DNA of 64,000 bases from an uncultured Chthonomonadaceae bacterium (GTDB taxonomy: Bacteria; Armatimonadota; Chthonomonadetes; Chthonomonadales; Chthonomonadaceae), in the NCBI GenBank assembly GCA_963817895.1, contig CAWFQB010000002.1:256001-320000 (forward strand). The letters are read 5' to 3'. The position numbers and the translations under genes are program-made. Below the pieces are notes generated by a model. It was not told where the DNA came from. It did no database searches and worked only from the letters and a program-made list of their open reading frames with translations. Below, in pieces: positions 1 to 9,581 of this stretch. Within the stretch, counting starts at the first letter, position 1. Every line of letters begins with the position of its first letter.

Positions 1-543
1 GCTTGCCGCCTGCGCTTCGAGGGCGCTGGTGAGGCGTTGCATCAGCGGCAAAAGTACGGACATTGAATTTTCACCCGATTGCCGGATCGCCATGCTTATC
101 ACCTCACCGATCACGGTTAAAGCGGAAGTTGAACTTGCGTCTTTTCCGGTGAGAAGCGCATTGCCCGGCGTGGGCGCGAACGTCATGGTTTTAAGATATT
201 CGTCGGCGTTGGCAGGGCTGACGAGGGGATTGGTGACGAGAAAATGCAACTTGGCTACCGCGGATTCTGGGTAGCGGAAGCCCTTACCGCCTGCCCGCAC
301 CGCGCCCAGGAGATTGCGCACAGACTCGTGTTCAATCAGTCTCTTGACCTTTGCGAGTACGCCTCCATGCTTGCGCTCGTCCGGTTCGATGCGCCGGGTG
401 ATTTCCACCAGCGTCAACAGGCCGTCATGTGCGTCGCGGCTGTCAAGAGAAAGTGCGACAGTTGAACTATCGTCTTCCGGGGCGAGAGTTGAACTTCCGG
501 TTTTTCCGTTTCGCCCATTTGCAAGCATTGTCGTAGGTGTCAT
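1..543 (-). CDS. Hypothetical protein of the integrated element; runs off the window edge
   Basis: ATG at 543 preceded by GAAGGGAG. Open frame MTPTTMLANGRNGK...EAQAAS continues to position 1. Co-oriented with the upstream rep-like gene. Confidence 0.6.
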   Translation of the reverse strand, partial: MTPTTMLANGRNGKTGSSTLAPEDDSSTVALSLDSRDAHDGLLTLVEITRRIEPDERKHGGVLAKVKRLIEHESVRNLLGAVRAGGKGFRYPESAVAKLHFLVTNPLVSPANADEYLKTMTFAPTPGNALLTGKDASSTSALTVIGEVISMAIRQSGENSMSVLLPLMQRLTSALEAQAAS

Positions 544-567
544 GGTGTTAATCTCCCTTCCAAGCCG

Positions 568-1956
568 TCAAGTGGCTGTTCGCATCGTGTTTTGATCGTC
601 TTGTACTATCACGCAATCCTGTTGTTTTGCGCCCTTCTGCATCATGGCGTTGATAATCGCGCCATTAATCGCAGCGGCATACACGGGGTTGGTAGGGTTC
701 TCCCGCGCGTTTTGGGACACCCTACGCAGTGCCTCATTCCGCACCGCCTCCTTGTCCTTGTCCGGCAGGCATTTCCACGCCGACAGCAATTTCGCACTTT
801 TCCTGTCTTCCCTCGCTTTGAGTCGCTGCGCTACATTATCGAGCGCGGATTGACGCTTTTCCTGTTTGACCTGTGCCTCATACTTCGCGTCAGCGTTCCA
901 CTCGCATTCGATGGCGCGTACAAGCGCGCCAACGGTATTCCCGAAGGCCCCCTTGCCACGGTTCCAAGCGGCAATGCGGCGCAAGATGCCAACTGCGTCG
1001 TGCTGGCTTGCCAAGCATATCGCCACGTTTTCCCCCACGTCCACGTCTGTCAGCGCCTTGACGATGCTCTCATCAGGCTGATGGGCATTGACCCGCGCCG
1101 CTCTTGCCGCCGCCGTGATGATATTGCCTGCTGCTTTTGCGGGATCACCCACGATTTCATCAACGCGCGCAAAACCGTTGACGCTGGTAGGTTCGGGAAT
1201 GGAATCATCATTTACATGAGGAACAACAACACTTTTTCTCGGACTGGCAGCGGCTTTCGGTGGCGGGGGGGTGTTTGTTGTTGTCTTTGGTAATCTCTGT
1301 GTAGTCTCTGTTGTAATCTCTTTTATGAGCGGGGAATCTCCATCTGGGCAAACGGGAATGTCCACTTGCGGAGATGGGCTTTCCCATCTGGGCAGATTGG
1401 AATTTCCATCTGTACAAACGGGAATATCCATCTGGGTAAGCGGAGGGGCCAATCTGGGCAAACGGGAATATCCATCTGGCAGATTGGAATTTCCATCTGG
1501 CAGATTGGAATTTCCATCTGGGTAGGTGGCAGTACCGGTGGGCGCTTCAGGGGCTTGGAGTACCAACCCATCCAAGAAGGCATCGACGGCTTGGTGGTTG
1601 CGATAATAGTAGGTAATGCCGTCACGCTTGTCGAGGAACGAGCAGTAGAATTTGCCCTGGAACTTGTCTGCTGCCGCCTCAAATTCCGACCGCGTTCGAT
1701 AGCGCGTCGCAATGTGGTCGAAGGCGGAGCGGAACTCATCGGGTGTGATCGCCAGTTCTTCAGCCCAGGATTGCCCCGATTTGTAGGCGCGGTGAGAGCA
1801 GGGTTCCATAAATTTATAGAAACCGTCCGGGTAACGGGCAAACCAGTATTCCAATTGTTGCATCAGGATGCACCCGGCAACGCTCTTGGTTACGGGGCGG
1901 AGTTCTTTGACGTAGGGAATGGTATTGCGCGTGATGACAAGGAGGCGATTTCTCAT
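568..1956 (-). CDS. Phage/plasmid-type replication initiator-like protein (N-terminal wHTH, internal DNA repeats)
   Basis: 462 aa. The N-terminus (PYVKELRPVTKSVAGCILMQQLEYW...GFYK...WAEELAITPDEFRSA) resembles phage replication-protein wHTH domains. A tandem DNA repeat region and a low-complexity linker follow. Confidence 0.6.
   Translation of the reverse strand: MRNRLLVITRNTIPYVKELRPVTKSVAGCILMQQLEYWFARYPDGFYKFMEPCSHRAYKSGQSWAEELAITPDEFRSAFDHIATRYRTRSEFEAAADKFQGKFYCSFLDKRDGITYYYRNHQAVDAFLDGLVLQAPEAPTGTATYPDGNSNLPDGNSNLPDGYSRLPRLAPPLTQMDIPVCTDGNSNLPRWESPSPQVDIPVCPDGDSPLIKEITTETTQRLPKTTTNTPPPPKAAASPRKSVVVPHVNDDSIPEPTSVNGFARVDEIVGDPAKAAGNIITAAARAARVNAHQPDESIVKALTDVDVGENVAICLASQHDAVGILRRIAAWNRGKGAFGNTVGALVRAIECEWNADAKYEAQVKQEKRQSALDNVAQRLKAREDRKSAKLLSAWKCLPDKDKEAVRNEALRRVSQNARENPTNPVYAAAINGAIINAMMQKGAKQQDCVIVQDDQNTMRTAT
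1331..1523. repeat. About 9 tandem 21-22 bp direct repeats (CCATCTG(G)GCAGATTGGAATTT / CCATCTGGGCAAACGGGAATAT), iteron-like
   Basis: Read directly from the sequence. Most units are 22 bp, so the reading frame shifts from unit to unit. Confidence 0.85.
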
Positions 1957-2162
1957 TTCTCTGCCTCCTTCAACAGCCTGGTTGCAGTTGTCTCACCGGC
2001 AGTAAAGAAATCGACAGCAAAATGCAGATAGTTGCGAATGACTACGCGCTGGACACGCAGGCTACTGGCGATCTCCTCGATTGTGCGTACATCCTCGGCT
2101 TGGGCGAGAATTTCGCTAATGTGCTTGCGAACCGATTGGGGTTGTGGTAGAATCAAACACAC
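1953..2162 (-). CDS. Small putative HTH DNA-binding protein
   Basis: GTG start at 2162 after AGGAGG. Contains TIEEIASSLRVQRVVIRNYL, an HTH-like motif. Overlaps the rep-like start by 4 nt. Confidence 0.55.
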   Translation of the reverse strand: MCLILPQPQSVRKHISEILAQAEDVRTIEEIASSLRVQRVVIRNYLHFAVDFFTAGETTATRLLKEAEK

Positions 2163-2316
2163 GATTTTGCACCTCCTGCTTAGGTGTGGGTCGAGGGCGC
2201 GATAGGTGTTGCAACCACCTGTTGCGCCCGATTTAGTTTGTCGTGTGTATTGTGTCTCTAGTGAGGAATAAATGTCAAGGATAAAGGCGAAAAAACCTGC
2301 GTCATGGGGTATTAGA

Positions 2317-3045
2317 ATGTCTTTAGAGGAACTGCCGGAGTTCGCCAGGGATGCGCTGGAAGTGCTGCGCCAGCCGCTCGAAGATGGCGTGGTGAACGTG
2401 TCGCGCGTCAACGCTTCCTACACCTACCCCGCCGATTTCTGCCTGATTGCCGCCATGAACCCGTGTCCGTGCGGCTACTACGGCGATGTGTTCCGGCAGT
2501 GTTCGTGCGCCCCGTCTGCGGTGGCGAAGTACCAGAAGCGCATCAGCGGGCCGCTGCTGGACAGGATAGACCTGCACATCGAAGTGCCGCGCCTTTCGGA
2601 AGAGGAACTGCTGCAAACCCGACTGGGCGAGAGTTCGGCTGCCATTCGCGCAAGGGTGTGCCGCGCCCGCGACATACAGGCCAGGCGTTTCGCCTGCCCG
2701 CCGCCCCCGCCTGCTCAACCGCTTGCCGAGGGGATGCCGCCCCATCCCGCCGACCAACTCGCCGCGCAGCAGGAGAAGCCGCGCAATGCGCAGGTTCGCC
2801 CGCTGTTCTGCAACGCGCAGATGAGCAGCCGGGAACTGCGGGCGTACTGCGCCCCATCCGACAGCGTACAGGCATTACTTCGGGCGGCGATTGGACAGTT
2901 AGGATTGTCTGCCCGCGCCTATGACCGCCTGCTTAAAGTGAGCCGCACCATTGCCGATCTAGACGCCGCCGATGACATTCAGACCGCCCATGTCGCCGAA
3001 GCCATTCAGTACCGCAGTTTAGACCGCAAACTCTGGGGCGCATAG
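2317..3045 (+). pseudogene. comM: 3' half of ComM/YifB Mg-chelatase-family ATPase
   Basis: Motifs ELPEF..LEVLRQPLEDG, AAMNPCPCG, ISGPLLDRID and LSARAYDRLLKVSRTIADL. The N-terminal domain and Walker A are missing, and Walker B (normally FLDE) reads SLEE. Confidence 0.88.
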
Positions 3046-3095
3046 AGTGGCCGTCATGGTATACTGAGGCAGATTGGAAAGCTGGACAAACCAGA

Positions 3096-3692
3096 ATGGA
3101 TGTAGAGAATGATTATCAGCGTGTTTTGCGAGAGTTGCAGGAGATCGAGCAGGCCATTGAGGAACTGACGCCCTTGCGTTCGCGCTGGAATGGCACACTC
3201 CGCCTGGAAACATTAAGAGGAGAACGGGGCGGAAAGTCTTTTTCGTGTGACATCAAACTGCGTCCTCACCTGGCAGTAAGTCCTATGCGTTGGCGCACCC
3301 TGATACACGAAATGTTTCACGCCTGCTCTGCCGGCTTCCAGATTTATGATTTCAACGCCAATCTTGGCTGGGAAGAAGGCGTCGTTGAACAATTAAGCCG
3401 TTTGTACCGCGCGCCCGTTTTGGAACGGCTGGATGTTGAAGTTGATCTGAATACGTTGGCGGTTTCCGACGAAGATCATCCATTCAACAAATATATTGCC
3501 GCCCTGGAAACGATACGAGTGGAGATGGAAGCCCATCCGGTCAACTTCTATATTGACTTGCTGATGACACCCATTCGAGAGCGCTACTCCAGTCTGCTGC
3601 AAAAAGCTTTACGTCTGGAGACAGTTCAGCGCAAGAGCGTCATTGCAGCGCTTTCTGCGGCGCGTCCTGTGTTGGAGAGGAGCATTCCATGA
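3096..3692 (+). CDS. Hypothetical protein with HExxH zinc-metallopeptidase-like motif
   Basis: LIHEMFHA followed by EEGVVE. Confidence 0.55.
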   Translation: MDVENDYQRVLRELQEIEQAIEELTPLRSRWNGTLRLETLRGERGGKSFSCDIKLRPHLAVSPMRWRTLIHEMFHACSAGFQIYDFNANLGWEEGVVEQLSRLYRAPVLERLDVEVDLNTLAVSDEDHPFNKYIAALETIRVEMEAHPVNFYIDLLMTPIRERYSSLLQKALRLETVQRKSVIAALSAARPVLERSIP

Positions 3693-3916
3693 GCGAGCAA
3701 AATCGCGCCGAACGGGAACAGATTCTTTCGCGCGCGCTGACGGCGCGAACATTACCGGAAATCGAAGCGGGAATTCAGACTGTTCAAGAATGGCTGCGTT
3801 CGCATCCTGACGATGTGGGTGTAGAGGATGTTTTGGAACCGCTCACGATGCTGTGGGAGGGATTGCAAACAGAAGCGCAGGAACGCGGTTTCGTTGCCGT
3901 CCTCTCACCGCTTTGA
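3689..3916 (+). CDS. Small acidic hypothetical protein
   Basis: 75 aa. ATGA overlap with the upstream gene and a GAGGAG RBS. Confidence 0.55.
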   Translation: MSEQNRAEREQILSRALTARTLPEIEAGIQTVQEWLRSHPDDVGVEDVLEPLTMLWEGLQTEAQERGFVAVLSPL

Positions 3917-4597
3917 TCTTGTTGTCGAGTGCCGATACCGTCAGATTAGGCGGAACAATCCAGAACGACCCGACAGAGGCGAACGGCAAGCCGGCAACCT
4001 TCATAATGAGCCAGAGGTACGGCTGCCATGAAACCGAATGTATCAGGTAGGTCTGCTTAGTGCGGCAACCCAAATGGCGCGGCGCATGACTTCGCGAAAA
4101 GCTAAATAGTTTTCCAGAGAAATTAAGTTCAGGAATTGACATTTAATGGATGAAGAGTACACACGCGTCACCGGGCGTAAGTAAGATTATTCCCAATTTG
4201 GGCGACAGCAGGCAACCGCGCTTGTGTCGGTCCTTAGACGGGCTCCAACGGCATGTCTGTATGTAGTGGCTTAACAAGCCTTGTACCGTACAGGCCGCTT
4301 GCCATATCATGGAGTTTCAGTGTCACATTTGTGATCCGCCGCTGACCTGTATGGTTGGGCGGCGCGGTTGCCACGACTATAAGTGTTCGGAACTTGGAAT
4401 TGGTGCGTTCGATTGCAGCTCTGAAGCAAGCGGCTGCAAACCATTCACCTTAAACTGGGTAGAGTGGGCTTTGCCCAATCAGGCGGTGCAGCAAAGGGGC
4501 CACGCGACTGTTGTGTGACGAGAGTTTGAACAGTGGCCCGCCGCTGACCTTGTTATGATAGCGGTAAGGAAAACTTGCCATGTGAAAGGAAAGGGTT

Positions 4598-5192
4598 ATG
4601 ATGCGCAAAAGCCGTTTCATTGTGAGCGTGGCGTTCGTCGCCGCCGCTTTGAGTTTCGGGTTGCCGGGTTGCGGGGAGCGGCAGTTCCACGACGCCAACG
4701 CCGATCAACTACACGCCGGATGGCCGTGCTCTGCCCGGGCAAACGAATCTGTCTACCCTGCGTTTCAAAATCAGCGCGGACAAAAGCACGTACAAGACGG
4801 GCGATCCGATCAGCCTGACGATTTCCGTTACCAATTCGTCGAGTTCGCAAAGCACCGTGACGTTCCCCACCGCGACCCAAAATACGTGGTGGGGTTATGT
4901 GATTGCGCAAAATGGCAAAATTGTGTCGTATGAATACTGGCCGGGGCATAATCTCCTCTTTCCACAGGTGATTGGCACGGACACTTACGCGCCCGGTGAA
5001 ACGAAAAATTTCTCTTACGCCTTTCCCTACACGCCCGCCTCCGACAGTCCGCCGCAGGTCAGCGTTCTGCCGCCCGGAACCTATCAGGTGTATGCCCGCC
5101 TGCCCGCCCTGCTGTTCGACAACGGCAACCGCGTGGCGAACGATGTCCCGACCCCGGTTTCCGACGCCGTTACGCTTACCATCACCAACTAA
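4598..5192 (+). CDS. Secreted lipoprotein with BsuPI-like Ig-fold domain (frameshifted)
   Basis: Signal peptide with lipobox LPGC. After the shift the frame reads KISADKSTYKTGDPISLTISVTN...APGETKNF...LPPGTYQVYA. Confidence 0.55.
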
Positions 5193-5463
5193 TCGCAGGA
5201 ACAGCGTCAGACAAAATAAGCCGTTTCAATTCAATTCGCCCTCAACCCCTCACCCCTTCTCCCACAAAAGCGTATTTCCAAATCGAAGCCGAAATACGCA
5301 ACATGGGGGAAGGGGAACTGGCGGCGCAAGTTTTGGTTCAATGCCCGTTGAACCGCTTAAAAAGCGCTCACGCCTGAAAACGCGCGCACTTTTTGTCGCT
5401 GCCAATTCTATCGTTGTGGAAATTCCTGTTGAGAAATTCGGCGTTCTAAGGTACTCTATCGTT

Positions 5464-6606
5464 ATGAGTACAATAGCCTCCCCCGCCCGCGTTTTATGCG
5501 TATTTGGAACCCGCCCGGATGCCGTGAAAATGGCTCCCGTCGTGCAGGAATTGCGCCGTTTTCCCGAAACGTTTGCCGTGCAGGTTGTCGTCACGGGACA
5601 GCATCGCGAACAACTGGATCAGGTGCTGCGCATCTTCGAGTTGACGCCCGACCACGACCTTGCCATCATGCAGCACGGGCAAACGCTGACACAGATCACC
5701 ACCCGCGCCTTAATCGGATTGGATGCCTGGCTGACCGAGCATCCCGCCGACATCTGTTTGGCGCAGGGGGATACCACGACCACGTTTGTCGCGTCCCTCG
5801 CCGCCTCCTACCACAAAGTTCCGTTCGGGCATGTGGAGGCGGGCCTGCGCACCCACGAGTTGTACGATCCCTTTCCCGAAGAGATCAACCGGCTGTTGAC
5901 AGGCCGACTGGCCCGCTGGCATTTCGCCCCGACCGAAGACACGCGCCAGAACCTGCTGCGTGAAGGCATTGACCCGGCAAGCCTGTACGTAACCGGGAAT
6001 ACGAGCATTGACGCGCTACGCTCGGTTGCCGCCTGCCCCTACACCTTTGAGGAGCCGGAACTGCGGCAAATCGTGGAGGGGGATAAGCGGCTGATTGTCG
6101 TGACCGCGCATCGGCGCGAAAATTGGGGCGAACCGATGGCGCAAATCGCCCATGCGGTTGCTCAAATCGCGCGGGAACATCCGGATACGGAAACGGTTGT
6201 CGCCATGCACAAAAACCCGATTGTGCGCGACACGCTGCAAGGCATTTTGGGCGATGTGGAGCGCGTTCATCTGGTGGAGCCGCAGGATTATGTTCCGTTC
6301 ATCAAACTGATGCAGCGGGCGACCCTGATTTTGAGCGACAGCGGCGGCGTTCAGGAAGAAGCGCCCGCGCTGGATGTGCCCGTCCTCGTCCTGCGCCACA
6401 CGACCGAACGGCAGGAAGCCGCCAACACGGGCGCGACCCAACTCATCGGAACCGACACGGATGCCATCGTCACTGCGGCCCGCGAACTGCTCACCAATCC
6501 CGCTTCCCACGCGGCAATGGCCCGTTCCCTGAATCCCTACGGTGACGGCAGCGCGGCCCAACAAATTGTTTCTGTCCTGCGGACAGCGGTGGTTGGTGAT
6601 CGGTGA
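5464..6606 (+). CDS. wecB: UDP-N-acetylglucosamine 2-epimerase (non-hydrolysing)
   Basis: Motifs VFGTRPDAVKMAP, QGDTTT, HVEAGLRT, TAHRREN, DSGGVQEEAP and NPYGDG. Confidence 0.95.
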   Translation: MSTIASPARVLCVFGTRPDAVKMAPVVQELRRFPETFAVQVVVTGQHREQLDQVLRIFELTPDHDLAIMQHGQTLTQITTRALIGLDAWLTEHPADICLAQGDTTTTFVASLAASYHKVPFGHVEAGLRTHELYDPFPEEINRLLTGRLARWHFAPTEDTRQNLLREGIDPASLYVTGNTSIDALRSVAACPYTFEEPELRQIVEGDKRLIVVTAHRRENWGEPMAQIAHAVAQIAREHPDTETVVAMHKNPIVRDTLQGILGDVERVHLVEPQDYVPFIKLMQRATLILSDSGGVQEEAPALDVPVLVLRHTTERQEAANTGATQLIGTDTDAIVTAARELLTNPASHAAMARSLNPYGDGSAAQQIVSVLRTAVVGDR

Positions 6607-6710
6607 TTGGTGGCTGGCAAACACCTGAGCGTGGCTTGCAGTCATTGAGCCAAAAGCGCACAACCAACAAACGCCAATCACCAATCACCGGTCACCAACC
6701 ACCAACCACC
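6589..6710. repeat. Two-armed heptamer cassette (GGTGATT/GGTGGTT)n ... (CACCAAT/CACCAAC)n
   Basis: Read directly, between wecB and recJ. Confidence 0.8.
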
Positions 6711-6711
6711 T

Positions 6712-8456
6712 ATGAAAAGACACACCTCCAAACGCTGGAAAATGCTTCCCAGCGACATACAGGCCGAAGCGCGGCTGCAAATCGAACTGGGCGTTCATCC
6801 TATCCTTGCGCGCCTGCTCGTGCAGCGGGGATTGGACACGCCGGAAGCGGCGGAACGCTTTCTCAATCCCTCGCTCGACCGCCTGCACGATCCGTTTTTG
6901 CTGCCGGACGCGGAAAAGGCTTGCGAACGCCTGAAACAAGCCCTTGCCAACAAAGAAAAAATCCGGGTGCATGGCGATTACGATGGGGATGGCGTCACTT
7001 CCGCCGCGCTGTGGACGCGGGTTTTGCGCAGTCTGGGCGCGGACGTGGACGTGTTTGTGCCGCACCGCAAGCGCGACGGCTATGATATGCGCAAGAGGCT
7101 TTATCGAACAGGCCAAAGCGGACGGCGTCGGCTTATCGTCACGACGGACTGCGGCATTCAGCGCATGGAGGAGGTGGAACACGCGCGGGAAGCGGGCATG
7201 GACGTGATTATCACAGATCACCACACGCCCAACACGAGCGGCGAGCTGCCCCGCGCCGTTGCCGTCGTCAATCCGCACCGCAAGGATTCCAAATACCCGT
7301 TTCCCAATATCGCGGGCGTGGGCGTGGCGTTTAAGATGGGCGAGGCCCTGACGCGCTATCTGGGCCACAGCCCACAACGGCTACCGCAAAGCGTTTCTCG
7401 ACCTGACCGCGATTGGCACGATTACGGACGTGATGCCGCTCATGGACGAGAACCGCATCATCGTCAAGTACGGTCTGGAAGCCCTGCAAAACACCAAAAA
7501 GCCCGGACTTCGCGCCCTCATTGACGTGTGCGGCTACAAGGACAAGGAACTGGATGCCCGCGCCGTCAGTCACGGCATGGGGCCGCGCCTGAACGCCGCC
7601 AGCCGCATAGATGAAACCCGCGTCGCGCTGGATTTGCTGATGACCAAAGACGCGCAGGAGGGCGAACGACTGGCGCAAAAACTAAACGAGTACAATTTGC
7701 AGCGCCGGGACGAGCAGTCGCGCGTTTTCGAGGAGGCGATGGAGCAGGTTGTGCGGCAGGACATGGCCGAAGTCGAAGTGCCTGGTGATTTCGGGGCATG
7801 GCTGGACGGGCGGCATTGTCGGGCTGGTGGCAAGCAAGATGATGGAGCGGTTCAATCGTCCGTGCGTGGTGATTTCGATGGACGAGGCGACGGGCATGGG
7901 CCGGGGTTCCGCCCGCAGCATCCGCGCGTTCAACATTTTCAAGGCCATAGACGCCTGCAAGGATTTGCTGGACGAGTACGGCGGACATGAGTTCGCGGCG
8001 GGGTTGGGCATCCGGCAGGAGAATGTCGAGGACTTCACCGCGCAGATGAATCGCCTGGCCGGTTCCCTGCTTTCGGACGAGGATTTGCTGCCCACGCTGG
8101 ATGTCGCGGTGGAGGTGGCTCCCGGCGAAGTGTGCCCGCAATTGCTGGATCAGATGCAGACGCTTGCCCCCTTCGGCAGCGCGAACCACGAGCCGCTGTT
8201 TGTCAGCCGGGGCGTTCCGATTGTGGAAGTGAATCGCATGGGCGCGGAAAAGCAGCATTTGCGCCTGACCCTGCGCGCGGACGGCCTGAACGGGCGCGAC
8301 AGCGTGCAGTGTCCCTGGTTCTCGCGGGGCGAACTGGCGGACGGCTTAGACATCGGCCAAACCCTCGACGTGTGCTACAAGCCCCAATTCAACGTCTGGA
8401 ACGGCAGGCGCAGCATCCAATTCATGATCGAAGACATTCAGCCCCCGGAATGGTAA
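6712..8456 (+). CDS. recJ: ssDNA-specific exonuclease RecJ (several frameshifts)
   Basis: Motifs HGDYDGDG, TTDCG, TDHH, GPRLNAA, GSARS, GGH and LAPFG, spread over successive frames. Confidence 0.93.
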
Positions 8457-8552
8457 AATATTTTTTCGTGCGGCTTTCCGGTTTGTTTGATTCTGTGGAG
8501 TCAATCAGTGCGAGGTAACAATACCTGCTTGATTCACTCACAAGGAGCAAAC

Positions 8553-9146
8553 ATGAAACAGATTCCCTTATCCAAACGCGGAAAGAACGCGGGGCTTTAC
8601 TTCGCAGAGTTTGAAGAGAAAAAGGTTGGAGAAAACTTGTTCAACCTGTTGAATGCAAGTAACTGGAACGCAACCGCTCGCGGAACAAATAGCAAAGTCT
8701 TCTACGCCAGAAGGACGGTAGGCGGTAAAGATGTATACATGCACCGTTTTATTTGGGAGTATCTCTACGGCCCTATTCCTGATGGATACGACGTTGATCA
8801 CAAGGACAAAAACGGTTTGAACAACACTCCAACGAATTTGCGTCTTGCGCCCCATGATAGGAATTGTCTAAATCGCAGACCATGCCAAACTAAGAGGGAG
8901 CAATCTAGCAGATACAAGGGCGTATCAAGAAGAGGCAACAGATGGATTGCTCGTCTACAAGGGAAGCCTTTAGGCTCTCCGTATGACTCGGAGAAAGACG
9001 CCGCCCGCGCTTATGATAGAGCAGCCTTCGCGCTCGATCCTGAATTTGCCGTTCTAAACTTTCCTGATGAATGGCCCACTTCAAGTCAGCCCAACATCAC
9101 GCAGCGAACAACTCCGATAAGGGCGCAGTTAAAATTTGATTTGTAG
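8553..9146 (+). CDS. HNH endonuclease with C-terminal AP2 DNA-binding domain
   Basis: HNH: MHRFIW...VDHKDKNGLNNTPTNLR. AP2: SRYKGVS...WIARL...LG.YDSEKDAARAYDRAA...LNFP. AAGGAG RBS. Confidence 0.88.
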   Translation: MKQIPLSKRGKNAGLYFAEFEEKKVGENLFNLLNASNWNATARGTNSKVFYARRTVGGKDVYMHRFIWEYLYGPIPDGYDVDHKDKNGLNNTPTNLRLAPHDRNCLNRRPCQTKREQSSRYKGVSRRGNRWIARLQGKPLGSPYDSEKDAARAYDRAAFALDPEFAVLNFPDEWPTSSQPNITQRTTPIRAQLKFDL

Positions 9147-9208
9147 TGCCAGTGGTTGAAAGCCCGCTTGCCGAGTGCCGAGTATTGAAAATACCCGGCA
9201 GGAAAGTG

Positions 9209-9267
9209 CAAGCGTCCTACGGACGCAAACCTTTGTACAACAGTGCATCGCGTCCGTAGGACGCTTG
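9209..9267. repeat. REP-like palindrome family A (18-bp perfect inverted repeat CAAGCGTCCTACGGACGC)
   Basis: Arms at 9209-9226 and 9250-9267. A related copy lies at 45736-45825. Confidence 0.8.
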
Positions 9268-9323
9268 GCGGAACGCCACCGAGACAAGCGTTTTCAACGC
9301 CTGTCTCAAAGGAAGATTATGCT

Positions 9324-9512
9324 ATGGCAATTACGCCGACACCGGAACAGGAAGACCCTTTGCCGTTCGATGAGTTGCGGCGCGAATTGGACTATGGCAT
9401 GGAAGCGTTTGAGCAGGGGCGGGTACAGCGTTTCGATGACGCCGGGTTGACGGCGCACTTCGAGCAGATTAAAGCCGAAGGACGCAAACGTTTGAAGCAA
9501 CGTCAGAAGTAG
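9324..9512 (+). CDS. Small protein resembling the C-terminal half of ParD-type antitoxins
   Basis: ELRRELDYGMEAFEQGR...FEQIKAEGRKRL. Confidence 0.45.
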   Translation: MAITPTPEQEDPLPFDELRRELDYGMEAFEQGRVQRFDDAGLTAHFEQIKAEGRKRLKQRQK

Positions 9513-9581
9513 GCAGAAGAGTCTGATGGTTTATGCGGGAACGTGTTCTCGCAACCAAAAGCGGGGCACAAGGATACGGAT

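Larger units (their letters stand above)
1..2328. mobile_element. Right end of a probable integrative element or prophage inserted in comM
   Basis: Rep-like gene with iteron-like repeats. comM similarity begins abruptly at ~2329 (ELPEF). Confidence 0.6.

Noticed and set aside
1331..1523. Possible CRISPR array
   Set aside because: The repeats are contiguous with no unique spacers, lie inside an ORF, and there are no cas genes.
4972..5463. Long N-terminal extension of wecB, and likewise of 54504 AKR and 62463 hpnJ
   Set aside because: ORF-caller read-through into intergenic or REP DNA. Family similarity starts at the downstream starts.
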